A DNA stretch of 57,993 nucleotides from Vicinamibacterales bacterium. GTDB taxonomy: Bacteria > Acidobacteriota > Vicinamibacteria > Vicinamibacterales > SCN-69-37. Shown in pieces: positions 1 through 9,085 of this stretch. The stretch's first letter is position 1, and each line of letters opens with the position of its first letter. Under the pieces are notes generated by a model, which saw only the letters and a program-made list of their open reading frames with translations, was not told the origin of the DNA and did not search any database. The stretch lies in NCBI GenBank assembly GCA_046598935.1, contig JBKJHW010000088.1, positions 1-57,993 of the forward strand. The letters run 5' to 3'. The translations under genes and the position numbers were made by a program.

Positions 1-163
1 CGACGTCTCCGATCTCATGCGCGGGAAACTGGCGCGCTTCAGCCAGGAGCGCTTGGTGCGTTTCCTCAACGCCCTGGACATGAACGTACGCATTCAGGTC
101 GGTCCGCGAAAGCGGTCACGTGTGCGTGCAACGGTGACGGCTGAACTCGTGGGGGCTTTCTAG
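1..163 (+). pseudogene. 3' part of the XRE antitoxin in inverted orientation, carrying what is probably the true C-terminus (…MNVRIQVGPRKRSRVRATVTAELVGAF*)
   Basis: 1-98 is the reverse complement of 169-266 with 1 mismatch. The + frame reads DVSDLMRGKLARFSQERL… to TAG at 161-163. Confidence 0.75.
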
Positions 164-472
164 GAAGGCCTGAATGCGCACGTTCATGTCCAGGGCGTTG
201 AGGAAACGCACCAAGCGCTCCTGGCTGAAGCGCGCCAGTTTCCCGCGCATGAGATCGGAGACGTCGGGCGGCGCGATGCTGAGTACCTTCGCCGCGTGTC
301 GCTGTGTCCAGTTCTTGTCGGTGACGATCGCGCGAATCACGCGCGCCAGCTCCGCTTTCGCGAGACGCTCAGCGGCATCAGGCAGCCCCAGATCCTGGAA
401 GACATTCCCGCTGCCGAGTTCCATCGCCATGCGATCCGACGCCTTTGCGCGCTTTGTCTTCGTCGCCATCAC
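116..472 (-). CDS. XRE-family HTH antitoxin (HigA-like); C-terminus after VRIQ is probably chimeric
   Basis: GSGNVFQDLGLPDA…WTQRHAAKVLSIAPPDVSDLMRGKLARFS is typical of XRE antitoxins; start overlaps the toxin stop. Confidence 0.85.
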   Translation of the reverse strand: MMATKTKRAKASDRMAMELGSGNVFQDLGLPDAAERLAKAELARVIRAIVTDKNWTQRHAAKVLSIAPPDVSDLMRGKLARFSQERLVRFLNALDMNVRIQAFLESPHEFSRHRCTHT

Positions 473-858
473 TGCCCCCTGCGCTTTCCGTAGGTCTCGT
501 CGTGGTGTTGCTGGGCCGCCTTGAATCGTTGAAGCACGCGGTCTTTGTCTGCTCGAGGCGTCTTGATCCCGGATTTCGATTTCTTCATGAACACATCAAG
601 CACGTAGACCACGTCAACAAAGACCGCCGTATAGACCGCACGATAGGTGTCACCGTCATGGTCTTCGACGATCTTCCAGATCTTGTGTGGCAACCCCTCG
701 CCGAAAGGCTTGGCCCCGGAAGGCGTGTCCCCGTACTGCACGTCCAACAGCGCCGCGCCAAAGACATCCTTCACGTCTTCCGGCAGGTCGTTCAGGCTCC
801 GCTTGCTCCCGCTCACCCACACGAGCGGCTTCCGCGGCAGAGCCAAGAATGACGACAC
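469..858 (-). CDS. RelE/HigB-superfamily toxin (Gp49-like)
   Basis: KPLVWVSGSKRSL…IVEDHDGDTYRAVYT…VYVLDVFMKKSKSGIKTP; toxin-first order with the downstream XRE gene. Confidence 0.88.
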   Translation of the reverse strand: MSSFLALPRKPLVWVSGSKRSLNDLPEDVKDVFGAALLDVQYGDTPSGAKPFGEGLPHKIWKIVEDHDGDTYRAVYTAVFVDVVYVLDVFMKKSKSGIKTPRADKDRVLQRFKAAQQHHDETYGKRRGQ

Positions 859-865
859 TGCCGAG

Positions 866-883
866 ATGTTAGCAATTCTGCTA
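866..883 (-). promoter_or_regulatory. TA promoter -10 (TAACAT) with overlapping palindrome TAGCA-N4-TGCTA, a candidate antitoxin operator
   Basis: Minus-strand TAACAT at 866-871 lies 7 nt from the GTG start; inverted repeat at 870-883. Confidence 0.55.
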
Positions 884-1034
884 TTTCACCGCAAGCCAAG
901 GCCGGCGGAGAAGCCGATCGGTTATTACCACTTGCGCCATCGTGGCGCCGATCCGCGAATTTTCGCCTGATCTACCGAAACAACGGCATCGCCGACGCCC
1001 GCGGCAATAACCGCCTAGCGATAACCGATTCGAT

Positions 1035-1081
1035 GCCTTCTAAGCCGGTGGTCGCTGGTTCGAGTCCAGCCGGGCGCACCA
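1035..1081 (+). tRNA. 3' half of tRNA-Arg(TCT) only; att-site-like fragment, not a complete tRNA
   Basis: gccttctaagccggtggtcgctggttcgagtccagccgggcgcacca contains anticodon loop CTTCTAA, T-loop GTTCGAG and CCA end. No D-arm or matching 5' acceptor strand at the expected position. Confidence 0.8.
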
Positions 1082-1112
1082 ACCGCCCGCGCCGCGTGCC
1101 CATCGCGGGCGG

Positions 1113-1143
1113 AGGGCAAAAGGCAGAGGGCACAAGGCAGAGG
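1113..1143. repeat. Short 7-bp-period repeat (agggcaa aaggcag agggcac aaggcag)
   Basis: Direct reading of the sequence. Confidence 0.55.
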
Positions 1144-1186
1144 TTCCTTCGCCTTGTGATCGCGCCTTCACTTTTATTCCGGACGA

Positions 1187-1546
1187 ATGGCACTGTGTGT
1201 CCCAGTGGCAGACGCAACGATTCGCGAGTTGAGAGTTTCTGCGAAGTTGTCGCAGGCTGAGTTCGCCAACCGCCTCAATGTCGCCTTGGTGACGTACCGC
1301 GGGTGGGATTCCGGTCGGCGTTGTCCACCGCCAGAGGCCATGGTCAAAGCCCGCGAACTCACGGCGCACGGCCCCGACGATCAACTGGTCGAACTTCGAG
1401 TGTTGGCCACGCTGATCGGCGTGAGCGTCTACCGTTTGCGTGAAGCCGCCAGAGACGGGCGCTTGGCGGTGACCTACGACAATCGCGTGGTGTTCGGGAG
1501 GCCCGTGCCACGCGCCACACGCGTGGCTGCGAGCTGTTCAGTCTGA
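1187..1546 (+). CDS. XRE HTH protein with a second excisionase-like HTH segment; possibly truncated
   Basis: IRELRVSAKLSQAEFANRLNVALVTYRGWDSGRRCP followed by LRVLATLIGVSVYRLREAARDGRL. Confidence 0.6.
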   Translation: MALCVPVADATIRELRVSAKLSQAEFANRLNVALVTYRGWDSGRRCPPPEAMVKARELTAHGPDDQLVELRVLATLIGVSVYRLREAARDGRLAVTYDNRVVFGRPVPRATRVAASCSV

Positions 1547-1634
1547 GCGGTGCAGCAGGCCGTTGACCAAAGCGGGAGTGTCATCTTCATGCTGAGCCCG
1601 TTGCCGGACCAACCAATGTTCCAAGTGACCAGCT

Positions 1635-1943
1635 TCATCCTTGGTTCTTGGCCGGCACGCACATTTCGCGACATCGACGCGCCGCATAATCCCATGCCGA
1701 GAATAGGACTCCACCCTCCTCTGTCGGACTTGCGACAATGAACGGATCCTCTCCGAATGCTTTGTAGCTACTGGACAACGCCTCTGAGGTCACTCCTGGC
1801 GTATATGCCGAATGCAGGTAATCGTCGACGATCTTCTTCGATGCTGCGATCGCAGCATCAAGGGTTGGAAACTCACCGAGCTCGTAGCGCTCGGATTCAT
1901 CCATGTAGTGGAAATTGTCGTCGACGAAAACTTTGTATGTCAT
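1635..1943 (-). CDS. Hypothetical acidic protein (MTYKVFVDDNFHYMDESERY…)
   Basis: Natural-looking protein composition compared with the overlapping shadow ORFs; ATG at 1943. Confidence 0.7.
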   Translation of the reverse strand: MTYKVFVDDNFHYMDESERYELGEFPTLDAAIAASKKIVDDYLHSAYTPGVTSEALSSSYKAFGEDPFIVASPTEEGGVLFSAWDYAARRCREMCVPAKNQG

Positions 1944-2069
1944 TTGTAACCTGAGTGCCTGAGCCATCTAGCGCTCGCGCTCACCCGTGGCTGCTCACTG
2001 GCGTCACCGCGGGCGGCGAGGGCAATCCTGACACAGGGAATGAATGAGCACTCCAAGTGTGCAAGTAGC

Positions 2070-3269
2070 GGTGAATTCAAGCGGTCGCTGCAACGTGGAG
2101 GACTATGGGCAGCGTGCAGCGACAATTTACGACGGCAGACAGACATGAGATGTGGCGGCGGTGGCGGCAGGGGGAGTCGGTCACCGAGATTGCGAGGGCG
2201 CTGACGCGCGCCCAAGGGCTGATCTTCGGGAAGGTCCAGCGGTGTGGGGGGATCCCTCCACGCCCGCGCCGACGGGCGGCGCGCGCGTTGACCGGGACCG
2301 AACGCGCGTTGATCGATCACGCCGTGCGGACTGGCGTGACGTTTCGCGCCATCGCCCGGACCTTGCATCGGCCGCCGTCCACGATTAGTCGGGAAGTGCG
2401 TCGCCATGGCGGGCGTGCGCACTATGCGGCGGCCGTCGCCGATGCGGCCGCGTGGCGCGCGGCGCAACGGCCGAAGCCGTGCCGGTTAGCCGTCGAGCCC
2501 CGGTTGCAGCGGCTCGTGGCTCGGAAGCTGCAGGCCTGCTGGTCCCCGCGACAAATTGCGGGCTGGCTGCGGGTCACGTACCCTGACGTGCCCGCCATGC
2601 AGATCTCGCACGAAACGATCTATCAAACGCTCTTCGTCCAGAGCCGTGGCGCGCTCAAGCGCGAGCTGCTCGCGCATTTGCGCCGGCGGCCCGCGCTGCG
2701 CCACGCGCGCGCGGCCGACGGGATCCAGCCGCACCGCGGGCGGATTCCCGAGGCGATCTCGATTCGGGAGCGTCCCGCCGCCGCCAATGACCGCGCCGTC
2801 CCAGGGCATTGGGAAGGCGACCTGTTGCAGGGCGCGCGCCAGTCGTACATCGCGACGCTCGTTGAACGGCAGTCGCGCTATGTGCTGCTCATTCGCCTGC
2901 CGAATAAAGAGACCGCGACGGTCACGCGCGCGCTGACGCGGCGCATTCGCCGGTTGCCGCAGCACCTGCGCCGCTCTCTGACGTGGGATCGCGGGCACGA
3001 AATGGCCGCGCACCGCACGTTTACCATCGCGACCAACGTCCAGGTCTATTTCTGCGATCCGCGGAGTCCGTGGCAACGCGGCTCCAACGAAAATACCAAC
3101 GGGCTATTACGCCAGTACTTTCCGCGCGGCGTGGATATCGCGGCCTATTCCCAAGCGCAACTGAACCGCGTCGCGCATCAACTGAACACCCGGCCGCGCG
3201 AAACGCTCGGTTTCACAACGCCAGCTGCTATGCTGGCGTCAATTGTTGCAGCGACCGCTTGAATTCACC
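2070..3269 (+). mobile_element. IS30-family insertion sequence (1200 bp)
   Basis: Perfect 25-bp terminal inverted repeats GGTGAATTCAAGCGGTCGCTGCAAC at 2070-2094 and 3245-3269 flank the transposase. Confidence 0.93.
2105..3262 (+). CDS. IS30-family DDE transposase
   Basis: STISREVRR, WSPRQIA, ISHETIY, GHWEGD, LTWDRG and PWQRGSNENTNGLLRQYFP motifs. Confidence 0.97.
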   Translation: MGSVQRQFTTADRHEMWRRWRQGESVTEIARALTRAQGLIFGKVQRCGGIPPRPRRRAARALTGTERALIDHAVRTGVTFRAIARTLHRPPSTISREVRRHGGRAHYAAAVADAAAWRAAQRPKPCRLAVEPRLQRLVARKLQACWSPRQIAGWLRVTYPDVPAMQISHETIYQTLFVQSRGALKRELLAHLRRRPALRHARAADGIQPHRGRIPEAISIRERPAAANDRAVPGHWEGDLLQGARQSYIATLVERQSRYVLLIRLPNKETATVTRALTRRIRRLPQHLRRSLTWDRGHEMAAHRTFTIATNVQVYFCDPRSPWQRGSNENTNGLLRQYFPRGVDIAAYSQAQLNRVAHQLNTRPRETLGFTTPAAMLASIVAATA

Positions 3270-3282
3270 CTGTTTAAAAAAC

Positions 3283-3325
3283 TGAATACTCCATGGCTCT
3301 CCATGGCCCTCCAAGGTGAATAGCT
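3283..3325. repeat. Dispersed repeat of 3 x 10 bp (ctccatggcc unit), intergenic copy
   Basis: tgaatactccatggctctccatggccctccaaggtgaatagct closely matches 57828-57870. Confidence 0.75.
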
Positions 3326-3326
3326 C

Positions 3327-4448
3327 TTACCCGCCGGTATAAAACGTCAGCTTGGCCGGCGCGAGCGGCGTGCCGTCGGGCGTCGTGATGCCTTCTGAAA
3401 AATCAATAGTGATGGTCGCGAAGCGCGGCAGCGCGCCCGCAAATTTCAGCTCGACCGCGAGCGTGCCCGGCCGGTAGGCGAGCGTCATCGCCGGCGTCGG
3501 CGTGTCGACGCCGTTGACGACGGCAGTCACTTTCACGCGGCCGTCGAATGTGTCGGATTTCATATCGCGCGAGAACTGAATTCGCACGAGCGTGTCCGTC
3601 GCGATTGCGGTTTCGTCGTTGGCCGGGACACTGAACGAGATCGCCGGCGGCGCAGGGGGCGGGCCTGCCGGCGGAGCATCACCGGCCGCCGCCGCGTCGT
3701 CCTGCGGCGTCGACTGGTTGACGGCCGTCGCGCGAAGCATCGGCAGGCCGTTGACGATTGTGGCTGTGCCGGTGACTTCGAGCCACCGGCCAAGGTCGCG
3801 GCGTGCCTGCGTGTCGAGGTCGAAGCCCTTGCCGCGAGGTCGCGTGCCTGTGACCCACGTGGCGCCGTCTGCGGCCTGCAGTACGAAGTCGTGCTCGGTC
3901 TGACGCGGCCAGCTGGGCATGTCGCCGGCCAGGTTACGCCCTCTGAAGCGGCCGCGGAGCGAGATCGGCTTGCCGTCGAATTTCTCCGGAAACATCGCGA
4001 GCGTTCGGATGCTTGGCGTCGTCGTGATGTCCTCGGACGGCGTGGTCGTGGCCGCCACGATTGCGAAGAACGTCTCGCGCGCCGGCCACTGCGCGCCCGG
4101 GCCGAGCACGGCGTCCATCGCGGCCTTGAGTTCGAACGCCGTTACGCGCGAATCGTCGGGCGCGAATCTCCCGACATCGACGAACGTGCCGCGGATCTCG
4201 ACTGCGCGATCGGTCGTGGGCGATCCGCGGAAGATCACGATCAGGTGTTTGTTGGCGTCGGTGGGCAGCCGCCACACGCCGTCGATGATCCGCGGGGTGT
4301 CCGTAATCGCGACCGTTCGCGAGTGAAAGAACAGCGGATTCGATAACAGCAGTGCGCGCGTGGATGCGATACGCGACTGCGTCTGCGCGCCCGCGGCGCC
4401 GGCGACGATGCCGGCGGAGAGGATTGCGACGAACGAGCGGCGCCACAT
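3327..4448 (-). CDS. Secreted protein with OB-fold-like segments, a Pro/Ala linker and a C-terminal Ig-like domain
   Basis: Signal peptide MWRRSFVAILSAGIVAGAAGA; C-terminal SVPANDETAIATDTLVRIQFSRDM; real start taken as ATG 4448. Confidence 0.75.
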   Translation of the reverse strand: MWRRSFVAILSAGIVAGAAGAQTQSRIASTRALLLSNPLFFHSRTVAITDTPRIIDGVWRLPTDANKHLIVIFRGSPTTDRAVEIRGTFVDVGRFAPDDSRVTAFELKAAMDAVLGPGAQWPARETFFAIVAATTTPSEDITTTPSIRTLAMFPEKFDGKPISLRGRFRGRNLAGDMPSWPRQTEHDFVLQAADGATWVTGTRPRGKGFDLDTQARRDLGRWLEVTGTATIVNGLPMLRATAVNQSTPQDDAAAAGDAPPAGPPPAPPAISFSVPANDETAIATDTLVRIQFSRDMKSDTFDGRVKVTAVVNGVDTPTPAMTLAYRPGTLAVELKFAGALPRFATITIDFSEGITTPDGTPLAPAKLTFYTGG

Positions 4449-4490
4449 GCTCCGAGTGTAATGCGAATTTGCTGTTAGAATTTCCAGCTT

Positions 4491-5162
4491 GTGACGGGCA
4501 GGAACAAGGCGCGGGCTGGTGGCGATCAGGTGTCGGAACTTACGGCCGGACGCCTGTCGGTTTACCTGCGCTGCCTGAATGCGCTCGACGCTGACGGCGT
4601 TAAGTCCGTCTCCTCGAAAGCGTTGGCCGAACAATTTCAACTGAACGCGGCGCAGATTCGCAAAGATCTCGCGTACTTCGGCGCGTTCGGCGTGCGCGGC
4701 GTCGGCTACTACGTCAAAGAGCTCAAGCGGCACCTGCGCCAGATTCTCGGCCTCGATCGCACAGTGAAGGTGGCCATTGTGGGGGCCGGCAACCTCGGGC
4801 TCGCTCTCGCGGACTATCCCGGCTTCCGGCAGGAGGGCTTCGCGATCGTCGCGCTCTTCGACACTGAGCAGGTTAAGATTGGCCATCGGTCGAAGGGTGG
4901 CGTGCGCATTTTGGACGTGAACGATTTTTGCAAGATGGCGAAGAAGGAAGGCATCGATATCGCCGTCCTCGCTGTTCCGGCGCGAGCCGCGCAGGCGGTT
5001 GCCACGCAGATCGTCGCGGCGGGCGTGCGCGCGATCCTCAGTTTTTCGCCCGGCACCTTGAAGGTGCCGCCGCAGGTGAAGTTGAAGAACATGGACCTGA
5101 CGGTCTCGCTTGAGAGTCTGTCGTTCTTTCTCGCGAGAGGTGATGGCGATTCCGGCACGTAA
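4491..5162 (+). CDS. rex: Redox-sensing transcriptional repressor Rex
   Basis: RLSVYLRCL…QIRKDLAYFGAFGVRGVGY; Rossmann motif IVGAGNLG. Confidence 0.96.
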   Translation: MTGRNKARAGGDQVSELTAGRLSVYLRCLNALDADGVKSVSSKALAEQFQLNAAQIRKDLAYFGAFGVRGVGYYVKELKRHLRQILGLDRTVKVAIVGAGNLGLALADYPGFRQEGFAIVALFDTEQVKIGHRSKGGVRILDVNDFCKMAKKEGIDIAVLAVPARAAQAVATQIVAAGVRAILSFSPGTLKVPPQVKLKNMDLTVSLESLSFFLARGDGDSGT

Positions 5163-5628
5163 GCTCTCGCATGTGGATCCGCGCGGCCGCATTCGGATGG
5201 TGGACGTCGGCGACAAAGCCGAGACCGATCGGGAGGCCGTCGCGGCCGCAGAGATTCGCGTCAGCAAAGCGGCGCTTTCCGCCGTCCGTCGCGGCGCTGT
5301 GAAGAAAGGCGATCCCCTCCAGATCGCCCGCATCGCCGGGATCATGGCGGCCAAGCGCACCGCCGACATGATTCCGCTTTGCCATACGCTAGGTCTTACC
5401 CATATTGACGTCGACATCAAGCTGCGGCCGTGGGGCTACGAGCTGCGCTCGATGGTGCGCACGAAGGGCCGCACGGGCGTCGAGATGGAGGCGCTCGCGG
5501 CCGTGACCGTCGCCGCGTTGACGATTTACGACATGCTGAAGGCTGTCGACAAAGCAATGACGATCGGCCGCGTCCGCGTGCTCGAAAAGCGCGGCGGGCG
5601 CAGCGGGCATGACCGGCGGCCGGAGTGA
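5143..5628 (+). CDS. moaC: Cyclic pyranopterin monophosphate synthase
   Basis: LSHVD…MVDVGDK, KKGD, IPLCH and TGVEMEAL motifs. Confidence 0.97.
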   Translation: MAIPARKLSHVDPRGRIRMVDVGDKAETDREAVAAAEIRVSKAALSAVRRGAVKKGDPLQIARIAGIMAAKRTADMIPLCHTLGLTHIDVDIKLRPWGYELRSMVRTKGRTGVEMEALAAVTVAALTIYDMLKAVDKAMTIGRVRVLEKRGGRSGHDRRPE

Positions 5629-5638
5629 GCGCCAGTTG

Positions 5639-7468
5639 ATGTCTGCCAACGACGATCTCGCCGCGATTCCAGACACCCTGGCCGAGCTTCCGTTCTTCAT
5701 TTCGGGCAGATTTCCGCATCCGCAGTTGATTGGTGTCTGTCGCGCCAGCGGCGTCGAGTTCACCAGCGGCCGGGACTTGCTCACGATCGTGCGCGAGATT
5801 TCACTCGGCCTCGAGACGCTCGGCATGGTGCGCGGCGGGCGGGTGGCCATCCTCGCGGAAAGCCGGCCGGAGTGGGTCTTCGCCGATCTCGCCATCCTCG
5901 CCGGTGGCGCGGTTACGGTCCCGATCTATCCGACGGTGTCGGCCGAGCAGGTCACCACGCTCATCGCCGACAGCGGCGCCACAATCTGCATCGCGTCAAC
6001 CCCGGAGCAGCTCGCGAAGGTACTTTTCGCCGGGGACCGCTGCCCCTCGCTCACGGCGGTTCTCACGATGTTCGAACCGCCCGCCGACACCGGGCGCCTG
6101 ACGGCGTTGTCGATCGCGGGCGCTGCCGCCCTGGGGCACCGCTCGATCGTGGATGGCCAGGGCGTCGCGCGCGCATTCCGGGAACGCGCGAAATCCGTCG
6201 CGCCGGGCGACCTCGCGACGATCATCTATACCTCCGGGAGCAGCGGCGAGCCGAAGGGCGTGATGCTCACCCACGCCAACATCGTCGCCAACCTTCGCGG
6301 CACACAGCAGGCGCTGGAGCTCTCGGAAAAGGACACGAGCCTGTCGTTCCTGCCTATCTGCCACGCGTTCGAGCGAACAGCGGTCTACGTCTACCTGACC
6401 CATGGCGTGTCGCTGGTGTTTGCCGAGTCGATCGACACCTTGCCGCGCGACCTGCTGATCGTCAAGCCCACGGTGATGAGCGGCGTGCCGCGCGTCTACG
6501 AAAAAATGCTCGACCGGATCTTCGAACGCGGCCGCGCCACGAAAGGGTTGCGGCGGAAAATCTTCGACCTGGCAATGGCCGTCGCGCGCGCCCGGGGTGA
6601 GTCGATTCCAGACGGGCGATCGGCGCCGGTGTGGGCGCGGGTGTTCGGTCCGCTCTGCGATCGCGTCGTGTTCTCTAAGATCGCGGCGAATCTCGGCGGC
6701 CGCATTCGCTACACGGTTTCCGGCAGCGCGCCGCTCCGCGAAGACGTCGGCCGGCTGTTTTTTGGCATGGGCATTCCCATTCTCGAAGGCTATGGCCTGA
6801 CCGAGACCGCGCCGGTTGTGACGGTCAATCTGCCCGACCGCATTCGCTTCGGTTCAGTGGGCCCGCCCCTCCCGAACGTCGAGGTTCGAATCGCCGCGGA
6901 CGGCGAGATTCTCGTCCGCGGTCCCAACGTCATGACGGGTTATTTCAACCGGCCAGATCTGACCGCGGAGGCGATCAAAGACGGCTGGTTTTACACCGGA
7001 GACGTCGGGCGGATGGACGATGAAGGCTGCCTGCACATCACCGACCGCAAGAAGGAAATCATCGTGACGTCCGGCGGCAAGAAGGTCGCCCCTCAGCCGA
7101 TCGAAGCCGCTCTTCGCGGGCAGCCGGTGATCGGCGATGCGATCGTGATTGGCGACCGGCAACGATTTCCGGCCGTGCTCGTCCTCCCTCGATGGCCGGT
7201 CCTTGCCAGCGCCGTCGGTGTCCCGGCGCCTGCCACCTCCGCCGAGCGCGAAACGCTCGCCGCGCGGCCCGAGGCGCGCGCGCTGATCCAGGCGGCAATC
7301 GACGAAGTCAATGCGCCGATGGCGCAGTACGAAAAGCTGAAAGCGTTCGCGGTGATCGTTGAAGACTTCTCGATCGCAGGCGGCGAGCTGACGCCGACGC
7401 TTAAAGTGAAGAGGCGCGTGATCGAGCAGCGCTACGCGGCACAAATCGCGCAGATCTATTTACCATGA
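5639..7468 (+). CDS. Long-chain fatty acid-CoA ligase (AMP-dependent)
   Basis: YTSGSSGEPKG, EGYGLTE, GWFYTGD and LTPTLKVKR motifs. Confidence 0.93.
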   Translation: MSANDDLAAIPDTLAELPFFISGRFPHPQLIGVCRASGVEFTSGRDLLTIVREISLGLETLGMVRGGRVAILAESRPEWVFADLAILAGGAVTVPIYPTVSAEQVTTLIADSGATICIASTPEQLAKVLFAGDRCPSLTAVLTMFEPPADTGRLTALSIAGAAALGHRSIVDGQGVARAFRERAKSVAPGDLATIIYTSGSSGEPKGVMLTHANIVANLRGTQQALELSEKDTSLSFLPICHAFERTAVYVYLTHGVSLVFAESIDTLPRDLLIVKPTVMSGVPRVYEKMLDRIFERGRATKGLRRKIFDLAMAVARARGESIPDGRSAPVWARVFGPLCDRVVFSKIAANLGGRIRYTVSGSAPLREDVGRLFFGMGIPILEGYGLTETAPVVTVNLPDRIRFGSVGPPLPNVEVRIAADGEILVRGPNVMTGYFNRPDLTAEAIKDGWFYTGDVGRMDDEGCLHITDRKKEIIVTSGGKKVAPQPIEAALRGQPVIGDAIVIGDRQRFPAVLVLPRWPVLASAVGVPAPATSAERETLAARPEARALIQAAIDEVNAPMAQYEKLKAFAVIVEDFSIAGGELTPTLKVKRRVIEQRYAAQIAQIYLP

Positions 7469-8394
7469 GACGCGGTGAACGGCTGTGACGAGGTCGGCTC
7501 TATATGGATCACGACATCTTTCAGCGCCGGGAATGTCGCCATTAACCTGTCTTTGACCACGTGAGACAGCCGGTGCGCGTCGTCGAGGCGCATGTCGGCA
7601 GGGAACCACACGTGGCAGTCGAGAAAAATGTGATCCGCCGTGCCGCGTGTGCGGATCTCGTGGCAGCCGGTGACCTCCGGCACGGAGAGCACGACTCGCT
7701 GAATGTCGGCCTCGCCAAGCACGGCATGATCAGCGAGCACATTCGATGTCTCCTTCGCGATGCGGTAGCCCGCGTGGCCGATGAACACCGCGACGAGCAG
7801 GGCCGCCAGCGGATCGAGAATGGGATACCCGAGCTTCACACCGATCAACGCGGCGATGACGGCGACCGACGTGTAGACGTCGCTCAGCGTGTGCGCCGAA
7901 TCCGCCATCAGCAGTTCGCTGCTCAGCCGGCGGGCCGCCCTCGACTCATACCAGACAACGAACAGGTTGACGGCCAGCGTGACCGCCATCACCACGAACG
8001 CGGCTGTACCGATGTGCGGCGCGGCGCCGCCGGCGAGCCGGTCGAGCGCCGTACGTACCAGCTGCACGAGCACGATGGCGAGAAACACGAAGATCGCGCC
8101 CGAGGCGAGCGTCTCGAATTTGCGGTGCCCGTACGGATGCGTCGTGTCGGGCGGACGCTGCGCGATGCGGATGCCGATGAGGCCGGCGACGTTCGACGCC
8201 GTGTCGGTGAGCGAGTGGAATCCGTCCGACAGAATGCTGACCGCGCCCGAGTACGCGCCGTAGCCAATCTTCGCCAGCGCCACCACCGCATTGAGCAGGA
8301 GGACGGTGACGAGGACCCGCGACACGTCGCGGTACCTGGCCGCGCCGGTGAGAAGGGCGGAGCCTAGAACAGGCGGGCCTGTTTGAGCGGCCAC
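7456..8394 (-). CDS. Cation diffusion facilitator (FieF-like); start uncertain
   Basis: SDGFHSLTD, HPYGHRKFE, ADSAHTLSD and VVIHIEP motifs. Confidence 0.93.
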   Translation of the reverse strand: MAAQTGPPVLGSALLTGAARYRDVSRVLVTVLLLNAVVALAKIGYGAYSGAVSILSDGFHSLTDTASNVAGLIGIRIAQRPPDTTHPYGHRKFETLASGAIFVFLAIVLVQLVRTALDRLAGGAAPHIGTAAFVVMAVTLAVNLFVVWYESRAARRLSSELLMADSAHTLSDVYTSVAVIAALIGVKLGYPILDPLAALLVAVFIGHAGYRIAKETSNVLADHAVLGEADIQRVVLSVPEVTGCHEIRTRGTADHIFLDCHVWFPADMRLDDAHRLSHVVKDRLMATFPALKDVVIHIEPTSSQPFTASHGK

Positions 8395-9026
8395 CAGCGC
8401 AGCTGCACTTTACCGATGATGTATTTCTTTGGCACGAAGCCCCAGGCGCGGCTGTCGGAGCTGTTGTTCCGGTGGTCGCCCATCACGAAGTAGTAGCCCT
8501 CGGGCACGACTTCGGGCCCGAAGCTGCCGTGGTCCTTGTACTCGTCGGCGACGAAGTCGTCCTTCATCGGCACGTCGTTCCGGAAAACGCGGCCATCGTC
8601 GATGCGAATCGTGTCGCCGGGCTCACCGACGACGCGCTTCACGAACGACTTATCCGGATCGCGCGGGTAGTAGAGCATGACGATGTCGCCGACGGCGGGC
8701 GCGTCCATGCGGTAGTGGAGTTTGTTCACGATCAGCCGATCCTGATCTTCGAGCGTGGGCGCCATGCTCTGGCCTTCGACGCGCGCAACTTGGAAGCCGA
8801 ATGTGACGATGAGCGTGGCGTAGACGGCCGCTGAAGTGAGCGTCTTGAGCCACGCCCAGAGCTCGTCTGCGATGCGGGTGAACGACACGTCGGCGCGCCC
8901 GGTCGTGTGCTGGTCGGCGGGCTCGAACGCGACGGCCGGCTCGATGGGGTGGCCGGGCTGATCGAACTCCCTGGGCGCGTCGTTCCTCGGGGTGCTCGGG
9001 GTAGCCGCGGCCGGCGCGTCCTCCAT
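8364..9026 (-). CDS. lepB: Signal peptidase I; start uncertain
   Basis: GQSMAPTL, FVKRVVG and MGDHRNNSSDSR motifs. Confidence 0.92.
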   Translation of the reverse strand: MEDAPAAATPSTPRNDAPREFDQPGHPIEPAVAFEPADQHTTGRADVSFTRIADELWAWLKTLTSAAVYATLIVTFGFQVARVEGQSMAPTLEDQDRLIVNKLHYRMDAPAVGDIVMLYYPRDPDKSFVKRVVGEPGDTIRIDDGRVFRNDVPMKDDFVADEYKDHGSFGPEVVPEGYYFVMGDHRNNSSDSRAWGFVPKKYIIGKVQLRWWPLKQARLF

Positions 9027-9085
9027 CAGCCGGCGGGCGAAACGCGCGTCGTCGACATCTCCGGCGAGCGGCCGCTCGGAGAAGG

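Noticed and set aside
995-1081. Complete tRNA-Arg gene
   Set aside because: No D-arm or correctly placed 5' acceptor strand; only the 3' half is present.
2060-3280. Target-site duplication for the IS30 element
   Set aside because: The flanks (…tagc and ctgt…) show no convincing direct repeat.
4489-4507. Rex operator at the rex start (ttgtgacgggcaggaacaa)
   Set aside because: Poor match and wrong spacing relative to TTGTGAA-N4-TTCACAA.
4449-5420. N-terminal part of the 697-aa minus-strand ORF
   Set aside because: It is the antisense shadow of rex and moaC; the real gene starts at ATG 4448 with a signal peptide and a -10 element.
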